A stretch of DNA of 64,000 nt from Azolla caroliniana (lineage: Eukaryota; Plantae; Polypodiophyta). Made by a program: the position numbers and the translations under genes. The stretch spans positions 571,045 to 635,044 of the forward strand of contig JBHGNT010000023.1 of NCBI GenBank assembly GCA_043228905.1. The letters run 5' to 3'. The notes beneath the pieces are model-generated. The model had not been told where the DNA came from and searched no databases. It was given only the letters and a program-made list of their open reading frames with translations. Positions 40,722 to 54,400 of the stretch are shown here, in pieces (the first letter of the stretch is position 1; every line of letters starts with the position of its first letter).

Positions 40722-43700
40722 TTGGGTCGTGAGACATGAAGATATTAGTAAATTAGAGGAGGGAGTTGAGAAGAGCGCGTGAGTAAATTAAAATGTTCAT
40801 AGCTGGCTCGTGTGATCCCGGATTTTTATGTTCAAAGATGCGAATCGAAGCTAACAACACTACGTATGATATGGAATGAAAAAATCGAGATTTTGAAACT
40901 CAGGACGAGAGACATGAAGAAATTGGTAAATTAGAGGAGGGTATTGCAAGAGCGCGTGAGTAAATTAAAATGTTCATAGCTGGCTCGTGTGATATCGGAT
41001 TTTTGTGTTCAGAGATGCGAATCGAAGCTAACAACACTAGCTATGATATGGAATTAAAAAATCAAGATTTTGAAACTCAGGTCGAGAGACATCAAGAAAT
41101 TAGTAAATTACATGACGGAGTTGAGAAGCGCGCGTGAGTAAATTAAAATGTTCATAGCTGGCTCGTGTGATACCGGATTTTTGTGTTCAAAGATGCCAAT
41201 CGAAGCTAACAACACTAGCTATGATATGAAATGAAAAAATCAAGATTTTGAAACTCAGGTCGAAAGCGCGTGAGTAAATTAAAATGTTCATAGCTGGCTC
41301 GTGTGATATCGGATTTTTGTGTTCAAACATGCGAATCGAAGCTAACAACACTTGCTATGATATGGAATTAAAAAATCAAGATTTTGAAACTCAGGTCGAG
41401 AGACATGAAGAAATTAGTAAAGTAGGGGAGGGAGTTGAGAAGAGCGCGTGAGTAAATTAAAATGTTCATAGCTGGCTCGTGTGATATCGGATTTTAGTGT
41501 TCAAACATGCGAATCGAAGCTAACAACACTAACTATGATATGGAATTAAAAAATCAAGATTTTGAAACTTGGTTCTAGAGATATCAAGAAATTAGTAAAT
41601 TACATGAGGGAGTTGAGAAGAGCGCGTGAGTAAATTAAAATGTTCATAGCTGGCTCGTGTGATATCGGATTTTAGTGTTCAAACATGCGAATCAAAGCTA
41701 ACAACACTAGCTATGATAAGGAATGAAAAAATCAAGATTTTGAAACTCAGGTCGAGAACCATGAAGATATTAGTAAATTAGAGGAGGGAGTTGAGAAGAG
41801 CGCGTGAGTAAATTAAAATGTTCATAGCTGGCTCGTGTGATCCCGGATTTTTATGTTCAAAGATGCGAATCGAAGCTAACAACACTACGTATGATATGGA
41901 ATTAAAAAATCAAGATTTTGAAACTCAGGTCGAGAGACATGAAGAAATTAGTAAATTAGAGGAGGGTGTTGACAAGAGCGCATGAGTAAATTAAAATTTT
42001 CATACCTGGCTCTTGGGATATCGGATTTTAGTGTTCAAAGATGCGAATCGAAGCTAACAACACTACCTCTGATATGGAATTAAAAAATCAAGATTTCGAA
42101 ACTTGGGTCGAGAGACATGAAGAAATTAGCAAATTAGTAAATTAAAATGTTCATAGCTGGCTCGTGTCATATCGGATTTTTGTGTTCAAACATGCGAATC
42201 AAAGCTAACAACACTAGCTATGATAAGGAATGAAAAAATCAATATTTTGAAACTCAGGTCGAGAGACATGAAGAAATTAGTAAATTAGAGGAGGGTGTTG
42301 ACGAGAGCGCGTGAGTAAATTAAAATGTTCATAGCTGGCTCGTGTGATATCGGATTTTTGTGTTCAGAGATGCGAATCGAAGCTAACAACACTAGCTATG
42401 ATATGGAATTAAAAAATCAAAATTTTGAAACTCAGGTCGAGAGACATGAAGAAATTAGTAAATTAGAGGAGGGTGTTGACAAGAGCGCATGAGTAAATTA
42501 AAATGTTCATACCTGGCTCTTGTGATATCGGATTTTAGTGTTCAAAGATGCCAATCGAAGCTAACAACACTAGCTATGATATGGAATTAAAAAATCAAAA
42601 TTTCGAAACTTGGGTCGAGAGACATGAAGAAATTAGTAAATTAGGGGAGGGAGTTGAGAAGAGCGCGTGAGTAAATTAAAATGTTCAGAGCTGGCTCGTG
42701 TGATATCGGATTTTTGTGTTCAAACATGCGAATCCAAGCTAACAACACTAGCTATGATAAGGAATGAAAAAATCAAGATTTTGAAACTCAGGTCGAGAGA
42801 CATGAAGAAATTAGTAAATTACATGAGGGTGTTGATAAGAGCGCGTGAGTAAATTAAAATGTTCATACCTGGCTGTTGTGATATCGGATTTTAGTGTTCA
42901 AAGATGCCAATCGAAGCTAACAACACTAGCTATGATATGGAATTAAAAAATCAAAATTTCGAAACTTGGGTCGAGAGACATGAAGAAATTAGTAAATTAG
43001 GGGAGGGAGTTGAGAAGAGCGCGTGAGTAAATTAAAATGTTCATAGTTGGCTCGTGTGATATCGGATTTTTGTGTTCAAACATGTGAATCAAAGCTAACA
43101 ACACTAGCTATGATAAGGAATGAAAAAATCAAGATTTTGAAACTCAGGTCGAGAGACATGAAGAAATTAGTAAATTAGAGGAGGGTGTTGACGAGAGCGC
43201 GTGAGTAAATTAAAATGTTGATAGCTGGCTCGTGTGATATCGGATTTTAGTGTTCAAACATGCGAATCGAAGCTAACAACACTAACTATAATATGGAATT
43301 AAAAAATCAAGATTTTGAAACTTGGGTCGAGAGACATCAAGAAATTAGTAAATTAGAGGAGGGTATTGCAAGAGCGCGTGAGTAAATTAAAATGTTCATA
43401 GCTGGCTCGTGTGATATCGGATTTTTGTGTTCAGAGATGCGAATCGAAGCTAACAACTCTAGCTATGATATGGAATCAAAAAATCAAGATTTTGAAACTT
43501 GGGTAGAGAGACATGAAGAAATTAGTAAATTACATGAGGGAGTTGATAAGAGCGCGTGAGTAAATTAAAATGTTCATAGCTGGCTCGTGTGATATCGGAT
43601 TTTAGTGTTCAAAGATGCGAATCGAAGCTAACAACACTAGCTATGATAAGGAATGAAAAAATCAAGATTTTGAAACTCAGGTCGAGAGACATGAAGATAT

Positions 43701-45430
43701 TAGTAAATTAGAGGAGGGAGTTGAGAAGAGCGCGTGAGTAAATTAAAATGTTCATAGCTGGCTCGTGTGATCCCGGATTTTTATGTTCAAACATGCGAAT
43801 CGAAGCTAACAACACTAGCTATGATATGGAATTAAAAAATCAAGATTTTGAAACTCAGGTCGAGAGAGATGAAGAAATTAGTAAATTAGAGGAGGGTATT
43901 GCAAGAGCGCGTGAGTAAATTAAAATGTTCAAAGCTGGCTCGTGTGATATCGGATTTTTGTGTTCAAAGATGCCAATCGAAGCTAAGAACACTAGCTATG
44001 ATATGGAATTAAAAAATCCAGATTTTGAAACTCAGATCGAGAGACATGAAGAAATTAGTAAATTAGAGGAGGGTGTTGACAAGAGCGCATGAGTAAATTA
44101 AAATGTTCATACCTGGCTCTTGTGATATCGGATTTTTGTGTTCAAAGATATCAATCGAAGCTAACAACACTAGCTATGATATGGAATTAAAAAATCAAGA
44201 TTTTGAAACTCAGGTCGAGAGACATGAAGAAATTAGTAAATTAGAGGAGGGTGTTGACAAGAGCGCATGAGTAAATTAAAATGTTCATACCTGGCTCTTG
44301 TGATATCGGATTTTAGTGTTCAGAGATGCCAATCGAAGCTAAGAACACTAGCTATGATATGGAATTAAAAAATCAAGATTTCGAAACTTGGGTCGAGAGA
44401 CATGAAGAAATTAGTAAATTACATGAGGGAGTTGATAAGAGCGCGTGAGTAAATTAAAATGTTCATAGCTGGCTCGTGTGATATCGGATTTTAGTGTTCA
44501 AAGATGCGAATCGAAGCTAACAACACTAGCTATGATAAGGTATAAAAAAATCAAGATTTTGAAACTCAGATCGAGAGACATGAAGATATTAGTAAATTAG
44601 AGGAGGGAGTTGAGAAGAGCGCGTGAGTAAATTAAAATGTTCATAGCTGGCTCGTGTGATCCCGGATTTTTATGTTCAAACATGCGAATCGAAGCTAACA
44701 ACACTAGCTATGATATGGAATTAAAAAATCAAGATTTTGAACTCAGGTCGAGAGAGATGAAGAAATTAGTAAATTAGAGGAGGGTATTGCAAGAGCGCGT
44801 GAGTAAATTAAAATGTTCAAAGCTGGCTCGTGTGATATCGGATTTTTGTGTTCAAAGATGCCAATCGAAGCTAAGAACACTAGCTATGATATGGAATTAA
44901 AAAATCAAGATTTTGAAACTCAGATCGAGAGACATGAAGAAATTAGTAAATTAGAGGAGGGTGTTGACAAGAGCGCATGAGTAAATTAAAATGTTCATAC
45001 CTGGCTCTTGTGATATCGGATTTTTGTGTTCAAAGATACCAATCAAAGCTAACAACACTAGCTATGATATGGAATTAAAAAATCAAAATTTCGAAACTTG
45101 GGTCGAGAGACATGAAGAAATTAGTAAATTAGGGGAGGGAGTTTAGAAGAGCGCGTGAGTAAATTAAAATGTTCATAGCTGGCTCGTGTGATATCGGATT
45201 TTTGTGTTCAAACATGCGAATCGAAGCTAACAACACTTGCTATGATATGGAATTAAAAAATCAAGATTTTGAAACTCAGGTCGAAAGACATGAAGAAATT
45301 AGTAAAGTAGGGGAGGGTGTTGACGAGAGCGCGTGAGTAAATTAAAATGTTCATAGCTGGTTCGTGCGATATCGGATTTTAGTGTTCAAACATGCGAATC
45401 GAAGCTAACAACACTAACTATGATATGGAA

Positions 45431-45454
45431 GGGTTTAGGGTTTAGGGTTTAGGG
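45431..45454 (+). repeat. Interstitial telomeric tract, copy 11 of 11
   Basis: Same 24-bp tract and junctions as copy 1. Confidence 0.95.
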
Positions 45455-48400
45455 TTGGGTCGAGAGACATCAAGAAATTAGTAAATTACATGAGGGAGTT
45501 GAGACGAGCGCGTGAGTAAATTAAAATGTTCATAGCTGGCTCGTGTGATATCGGATTTTAGTGTTCAAACATGCGAATCAAAGCTAACAACACTAGCTAT
45601 GATAAGGAATGAAAAAATCAAGATTTTGAAACTCAGGTCGAGAGACATGAAGAAATTAGTAAATTAGAGGAGGGTGTTGACAAGAGCGCATGAGTAAATT
45701 AAAATGTTCATACCTGGCTCTTGTGATATCGGATTTTAGTGTTCAAAGATGCCAATCGAAGCTAACAACACTAGCTATGACATGGAATTAAAAAATCAAA
45801 ATTTCGAAACTTGGGTCGAGAGACATGAAGAAATTAGTAAATTAGGGGAGGGAGTTGAGAAGAGCGCGTGAGTAAATTAAAATGTTCATAGCTGGCTCGT
45901 GTGATATCGGATTTTTGTGTTCAAACATGCGAATCAAAGCTAACAACACTAGCTATGATAAGGAATGAAAAAATCAATATTTTGAAACTCAGGTCGAGAG
46001 ACATGAAGAAATTAGTAAATTAGAGGAGGGTGTTGACGAGAGCGCGTGAGTAAATTAAAATGTTCATAGCTGGCTCGTGTGATATCGGATTTTTGTGTTC
46101 AGAGATGCGAATCGAAGCTAACAACACTAGCTATGATATGGAATTAAAAAATCAAAATTTTGAAACTCAGGTCGAGAGACATGAAGAAATTAGTAAATTA
46201 GAGGAGGGTGTTGACAAGAGCGCATGAGTAAATTAAAATGTTCATACCTGGCTCTTGTGATATCGGATTTTAGTGTTCAAAGATGCCAATCGAAGCTAAC
46301 AACACTAGCTATGATATGGAATTAAAAAATCAAAATTTCGAAACTTGGGTCGAGAGACATGAAGAAATTAGTAAATTAGGGGAGGGAGTTGAGAAGAGCG
46401 CGTGAGTAAATTAAAATGTTCAGAGCTGGCTCGTGTGATATCGGATTTTTGTGTTCAAACATGCGAATCCAAGCTAACAACACTAGCTATGATAAGGAAT
46501 GAAAAAATCAAGATTTTGAAACTCAGGTCGAGAGACATGAAGAAATTAGTAAATTACATGAGGGTGTTGATAAGAGCGCGTGAGTAAATTAAAATGTTCA
46601 TACCTGGCTCTTGTGATATCGGATTTTAGTGTTCAAAGATGACAATCGAAGCTAACAACACTAGCTATGATATGGAATTAAAAAATCAAAATTTCGAAAC
46701 TTGGGTCGAGAGACATGAAGAAATTAGTAAATTAGGGGAGGGAGTTGAGAAGAGCGCGTGAGTAAATTAAAATGTTCATAGTTGGCTCGTGTGATATCGG
46801 ATTTTTGTGTTCAAACATGTGAATCAAAGCTAACAACACTAGCTATGATAAGGAATGAAAAAATCAAGATTTTGAAACTCAGGTCGAGAGACATGAAGAA
46901 ATTAGTAAATTAGAGGAGGGTGTTGACGAGAGCGCGTGAGTAAATTAAAATGTTCATAGCTGGCTCGTGTGATATCGGATTTTAGTGTTCAAACATGCGA
47001 ATCGAAGCTAACAACACTAACTATAATATGGAATTAAAAAATCAAGATTTTGAAACTTGGGTCGAGAGACATCAAGAAATTAGTAAATTAGAGGAGGGTA
47101 TTGCAAGAGCGCGTGAGTAAATTAAAATGTTCATAGCTGGCTCGTGTGATATCGGATTTTTGTGTTCAGAGATGCGAATCGAAGCTAACAACTCTAGCTA
47201 TGATATGGAATCAAAAAATCAAGATTTTGAAACTTGGGTAGAGAGACATGAAGAAATTAGTAAATTACATGAGGGAGTTGATAAGAGCGCGTGAGTAAAT
47301 TAAAATGTTCATAGCTGGCTCGTGTGATATCGGATTTTAGTGTTCAAAGATGCGAATCGAAGCTAACAACACTAGCTATGATAAGGAATGAAAAAATCAA
47401 GATTTTGAAACTCAGGTCGAGAGACATGAAGATATTAGTAAATTAGAGGAGGGAGCTAGGAAGAGCGCGTGAGTAAATTAAAATGTTCATAGCTGGCTCG
47501 TGTGATCCCGGATTTTTATGTTCAAAGATGTGAATCGAAGCTAACAACACTACGTATGATATGGAATTAAAAAATCAAGATTTTGAAACTCAGGTCGAGA
47601 GACATCAAGAAATTAGTGAATTAGAGGAGGGAGCTAAGAAGAGCGCGTGAGTAAACTAAAATGTTCATACCTGGCTCGTGTGATCCCGGATTTTTGTGTT
47701 CAAAGATGCGAATCGAAGCTAACAACACTAGCTATGATATGGAATTAAAAAATCAAGATTTTGAAACTTGGGTCGAGAGACATGAAGAAATTAGTAAATT
47801 AGAGGAGGGAGCTAGGAAGAGCGCGTGAGTAAATTAAAATGTTCATACCTGGCTCGTGGTGATCCCGGATTTTTGTGTTCAAAGATGCGAATCGAAGCTA
47901 ACAACACTAGCTATGATATGAAATGAAAAAATCAAGATTTTGAAACTCAGGTCGAAAGCGCGTGAGTAAATTAAAATGTTCATAGCTGGCTCGTGTGATA
48001 TCGGATTTTTGTGTTCAAACATGCGAATCGAAGCTAACAACACTTGCTATGTTATGGAATTAAAAAATCAAGATTTTGAAACTCAGGTCGAGAGACATGA
48101 AGAAATTACTAAAGTAGGGGAGGGAGTTGAGAAGAGCGCGTGAGTAAATTAAAATGTTCATAGCTGGCTCGTGTGATATCGGATTTTAGTGTTCAAACAT
48201 GCGAATCGAAGCTAACAACACTAACTATGATATGGAATTAAAAAATCAAGATTTTGAAACTCAGGTCGAAAGACATGAAGAAATTAGTAAATTAGAGGAG
48301 GGTGTTGACGAGAGCGAGTGAGTAAATTAAAATGTTCATAGCTGGCTCGTGTGATATCGGATTTTTGTGTTCAAACATGCGAATCGAAGCTAACAACACT

Positions 48401-51400
48401 TGCTATGATATGGAATTAAAAAATCAAGATTTGGAAACTCAGGTCGAGAGACATCAAGAAATTAGTAAATTAGGGGAGGGAGTTGAGAAGAGCGCGTGAG
48501 TAAATTAAAATGTTCATAGCTGGCTCGTGTGATATCAGATTTTTGTGTTCAAACATGAGAATCGAAGCTAACAACACTAGCTATGATATGGAATTAAAAA
48601 ATCAAGATTTTAAAACTTGGGTCGAGAGACATGAAGAAATTAGTAAATTAGAGGAGGGTATTGCAAGAGCGCGTGAGTAAATTAAAATGTTCATAGCTGG
48701 CTCGTGTGATATCGGATTTTTGTGTTCAGAGATGCGAATCGAAGCTAACAACACTAGCTATGATATGGAATTAAAAAATCAAGATTTTGAAACTCAGGTC
48801 GAGAGACATGAAGAAATTAGTAAATTAGAGGAGGGTGTTGACAAGAGCGCATGAGTAAATTAAAATGTTCATACCTGGCTCTTGTGATATCGGATTTTAG
48901 TGTTCAAAGATGCCAATCGAAGCTAACAACACTAGCTATTATATCGAATTAAAAAATCAAAATTTCGAAACTTGGGTCGAGAGATATCAAGAAATTAGTA
49001 AATTACATGAGGGAGTTGAGAAGAGCGCGTGAGTAAATTAAAATGTTCATAGCTGGCTCGTGTGATATCGGATTTTAGTGTTCAAACATGAGAATCGAAG
49101 CTAACAACACTAGCTATGATATGGAATTAAAAAATCAAGATTTTGAAACTTGGGTCGAGAGACATCAAGAAATTAGTAAATTACATGAGGGAGTTGACAA
49201 GAGCGCGTGAGTAAATTAAAATCTTCATAGGTGGCTCGTGTGATATCGGATTTTAGTGTTCAAACATGCGAATCAAAGCTAACAACACTAGCTATGATAA
49301 GGAATGAAAAAATCAAGATTTTGAAACTCAGGTCGAGAGACATGAAGATATTAGTAAATTAGAGGAGGGAGTTGAGAAGAGCGCGTGAGTAAATTAAAAT
49401 GTTCATAGCTGGCTCGTGTGATATCGGATTTTTGTGTTCAAAGATGCCAATCGAAGCTAACAATACTAGTTATGATATGGAATTAAGAAATCAAGATTTT
49501 GAAACTCAGGTCGAGAGACATGAAGAAATTAGTAAATTAGGGGAGGGAGTTGAGAAGAGCGCGTGAGTAAATTAAAATGTTCATAGCTGGCTCGTGTGAT
49601 ATCGGATTTTTGTGTTCAAACATGCGAATCGAAGCTAACAACACTTGCTATGATATGGAATTAAAAAATCAAGATTTTGAAACTCAGGTCGAGAGACATG
49701 AAGAAATTAGTAAAGTAGGGGAGAGAGTTGAGAAGAGCGCATGAGTAAATTAAAATGTTCATACCTGGCTCTTGTGATATCGGATTTTAGTGTTCAAAGA
49801 TGCCAATCGAAGCTAACAACACTAGCTATGATATGGAATTAAAAAATCAAAATTTCGAAACTTGGGTCGAGAGACATGAAGAAATTAGTAAATTAGGGGA
49901 GGGAGTTGAGAAGAGCGCGTGAGTAAATTAAAATGTTCATAGCTGGCTCGTGTGATATCGGATTTTAGTGTTCAAACATGCGAATCAAAGCTAACAACAC
50001 TAGCTATGATAAGGAATGAAAAAATCAAGATTTTGAAACTCAGGTCGAGAGACATGAAGATATTAGTAAATTAGAGGAGGGAGTTGAGAAGAGCGCGTGA
50101 GTAAATTAAAATGTTCATAGCTGGCTCGTGTGATATCGGATTTTTGTGTTCAAAGATGCCAATCGAAGCTAACAATACTAGTTATGATATGGAATTAAGA
50201 AATCAAGATTTTGAAACTCAGGTCGAGAGACATGAAGAAATTAGTAAATTAGGGGAGGGAGTTGAGAAGAGCGCGTGAGTAAATTAAAATGTTCATAGCT
50301 GGCTCGTGTGATATCGGATTTTTGTGTTCAAACATGCGAATCGAAGCTAACAACACTTGCTATGATATGGAATTAAAAAATCAAGATTTTGAAACTCAGG
50401 TCGAGAGACATGAAGAAATTAGTAAAGTAGGGGAGAGAGTTGAGAAGAGCGCATGAGTAAATTAAAATGTTCATACCTGGCTCTTGTGATATCGGATTTT
50501 AGTGTTCAAAGATGCCAATCGAAGCTAACAACACTAGCTATGATATGGAATTAAAAAATCAAAATTTCGAAACTTGGGTCGAGAGACATGAAGAAATTAG
50601 TAAATTAGGGGAGGGAGTTGAGAAGAGCGCGTGAGTAAATTAAAATGTTCATAGCTGGCTCGTGTGATATCGGATTTTTGTGTTCAAACATGTGAATGAA
50701 AGCTAACAACACTTGCTATGATAAGGAATGAGAAAATCAAGATTTTGAAACTCAGGTCGAGAGACATGAAGAAATTAGTAAATTAGGGGAGGGAGTTGAC
50801 AAGAGCGCGAGAGTAAATTAAAATGTTCATACCTGGCTCGTGTGATCCCGGATTTTTGTGTTCAAACATGCGAATCGAAGCTAAAGACACTTGCTATGAT
50901 ATGGAATTAAAAAATCAAGATTTTGAAACTCAGGTCGAGAGACATCAAGAAATTAGTAAAGTAGGGGAGGGAGTTGAGAAGAGCGCGTGAGTAAATTAAA
51001 ATGTTCATAGCTGGCTCGTGTGATATCGGATTTTTGTGTTCAAACATGCGAATCGAAGCTAACAACACAAGCTATGATATGGAATTAAAAAATCAATATT
51101 TTGAAACTTAGGTCGAGAGACATGAAGAAATTAGTAAATTAGAGGAGGGTGTTGACGAGAGCGCGTGAGTAAATTAAAATGTTCATAGCTGGCTCGTGTG
51201 ATATCGGATTTTAGTGTTCAAACATGCGAATCGAAGCTAACAACACTAACTATGATATGGAATTAAAAAATCAATATTTTGAAACTTGGGTCGAGAGATA
51301 TCAAGAAATTAGTAAATTACATGAGGGAGTTGAGAAGAGCGCGTGAGTAAATTAAAATGTTCATAGCTGGCTCGTGTGATATCGGATTATAGTGTTCAAA

Positions 51401-54400
51401 CATGAGAATCGAAGCTAACAACACTAGCTATGATATGGAATTAAAAAATCAAGATTTTGAAACTTGGGTCGAGAGACATCAAGAAATTAGTAAATTACAT
51501 GACGGAGTTGAGAAGAGCGCGTGAGTAAATTAAAATGTTCATAGCTGGCTCGTGTGATATCGGATTTTAGTGTTCAAACATGCCAATCGAAGCTAACAAC
51601 ACTAGCTATGATAAGGAATGAAAAAATCAAGATTTTGAAACTCAGGTCGAAAGATATGAAGAAATTAGTAAATTAGGGGAGGGAGTTGAGAAGAGCGCGT
51701 GAGTAAATTAAAATGTTCATAGCTGGCTCGTGTGATATCGGATTTTTGTGTTCAAATATGCGAATCGAAGCTAACAACACTTGCTATTATATGGAATTAA
51801 AAAATCAAGATTTCGAAACTTGGGTCGAGAGACATGAAGAAATTAGTAAAGTAGGGGAGGGAGTTGAGAAGAGCGCGTGAGTAAATTAAAATGTTCATAG
51901 CTGGCTCTTGTGATATCGGATTTTAGTGTTCAAAGATGCCAATCGAAGCTAACAACACTAGCTATGATATGGAATTAAAAAATCAAAATTTGGAAACTTG
52001 GGTCGAGAGACATGAAGAAATTAGTAAATTAGGGGAGGGAGTTGAGAAGAGCGCGTGAGTAAATTAAAATGTTCATAGCTGGCTCGTGTGATATCGGATT
52101 TTTGTGTTCAAACATGCGAATCGAAGCTAACAACACTTGCTATGATATGGAATTAAAAAATCAAGATTTTGAAACTCAGGTCGAGAGACATGAAGAAATT
52201 AGTAAAGTAGGGGAGAGAGTTGAGAAGAGCGCGTGAGTAAATTAAAATGTTCATACCTGGCTCTTGTGATATCGGATTTTAGTGTTCAAAGATGCCAATC
52301 GAAGCTAACAACACTAGCTATGATATGGAATTAAAAAATCAAAATTTCGAAACTTGGGTCGAGAGACATGAAGAAATTAGTAAATTAGGGGAGGGAGTTG
52401 AGAAGAGCGCGTGAGTAAATTAAAATGTTCATAGCTGGCTCGTGTGATATCGGATTTTTGTGTTCAAACATGTGAATCAAAGCTAACAACACTTGCTATG
52501 ATAAGGAATGAGAAAATCAAGATTTTGAAACTCAGGTCGAGAGACATGAAGAAATTAGTAAATTAGGGGAGGGAGTTGACAAGAGCGCGAGAGTAAATTA
52601 TAATGTTCATACCTGGCTCGTGTGATCCCGGATTTTTGTGTTCAAACATGCGAATCGAAGCTAAAGACACTTGCTATGATATGGAATTAAAAAATCAAGA
52701 TTTTGAAACTCAGGTCGAGAGACATGAAGAAATTAGTAAAGTAGGGGAGGGAGTTGAGAAGAGCGCGTGAGTAAATTAAAATGTTCATAGCTGGCTCGTG
52801 TGATATCGGATTTTTGTGTTCAAACATGCGAATCGAAGCTAACAACACTTGCTATGATATGGAATTAAAAAATCAAGATTTTGAAACTCAGGTCGAGAGA
52901 CATGAAGAAATTAGTAAAGTAGGGGAGGGAGTTGCGAAGAGCGCGTGAGTAAATTAAAATGTTCATAGCTGGCTCATGTGATATCGGATTTTAGTGTTCA
53001 AACATGCGAATCGAAGCTAACAACACAAGCTATGATATGGAATTAAAAAATCAATATTTTGAAACTTAGGTCGAGAGACATGAAGAAATTAGTAAATTAG
53101 AGGAGGGTGTTGACGAGAGCGCGTGAGTAAATTAAAATGTTCATAGCTGGCTCGTGTGATATCGGATTTTAGTGTTCAAACATGCGAATCGAAGCTAACA
53201 ACACTAACTATGATATGGAATTAAAAAATCAATATTTTGAAACTTGGGTCGAGAGATATCAAGAAATTAGTAAATTACATGAGGGAGTTGAGAAGAGCGC
53301 GTGAGTAAATTAAAATGTTCATAGCTGGCTCGTGTGATATCGGATTATAGTGTTCAAACATGAGAATCGAAGCTAACAACACTAGCTATGATATGGAATT
53401 AAAAAATCAAGATTTTGAAACTTGGGTCGAGAGACATCAAGAAATTAGTAAATTACATGACGGAGTTGAGAAGAGCGCGTGAGTAAATTAAAATGTTCAT
53501 AGCTGGCTCGTGTGATATCGGATTTTAGTGTTCAAAGATGCCAATCGAAGCTAACAACACTAGCTATGATAAGAAATGAAAAAATCAAGATTTTGAAACT
53601 CAGGTCGAGAGACATGAAGATATTAGTAAATTAGAGGAGGGAGTTGAGAAGAGCGCGTGAGTAAATTAAAATGTTCATAGCTGGCTCGTGTGATCCCGGA
53701 TTTTTATGTTCAAAGATGCGAATCGAAGCTAACAACACTACGTATGATATGGAATTAAAAAATCAAGATTTTGAAACTCAGGTCGAGAGACATGAAGAAA
53801 TTAGTAAATTAGAGGAGGGTGTTGACAAGAGCGCATGAGTAAATTAAAATGTTCATACCTGGCTCTTGTGATATCGGATTTTAGTGTTTAAAGATGCCAA
53901 TCGAAGCTAACAACACTAGCTATGATATGGAATTAAAAAATCAAGATTTCGAAACTTGGGTCGAGAGACATGAAGAAATTAGTAAATAAGGGGAGGGAGT
54001 TTAGAAGAGCGCTTGAGTAAATTAAAATTTTCATAGCTGGCTCGTGTGATATCGGATTTTTGTGTTCAAACATGCGAATCGAAGCTAACAACACTAGCTA
54101 TGATAAGGAATGAAAAAATCAAGATTTTGAAACTCAGGTCGTGAGACATGAAGATATTAGTAAATTAGAGGAGGGAGTAGAGAAGAGCGCGTGAGTAAAT
54201 TAAAATGTTCATAGCTGGCTCGTGTGATCCCGGATTTTTATGTTCAAAGATGCGAATCGAAGCTAACAACACTACGTATGATATGGAATGAAAAAATCAA
54301 GATTTTGAAACTCAGGTCGAGAGACATGAAGAAATTGGTAAATTAGAGTAGGGTATTGCAAGAGCGCGTGAGTAAATTAAAATGTTCATAGCTGGCTCGT

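Larger units (their letters stand above)
32200..42845 (+). repeat. Higher-order duplication: 4664-bp unit with nested 1299-bp and 765-bp duplications
   Basis: Offsets of 4664 (35269/39933; 36034/40698; 38003/42667), 5963 (32672/38635; 33970/39933), 1299 (33970/35269) and 765 (35269/36034). Boundaries are approximate. Confidence 0.85.

Noticed and set aside
38003-46587. Three near-identical 61-aa ORFs (38003, 42667, 46402)
   Set aside because: Each spans one satellite monomer where SNPs such as CATAG>CAGAG remove stops. GTG start, and the copies are explained by the 4664- and 3735-bp duplications.
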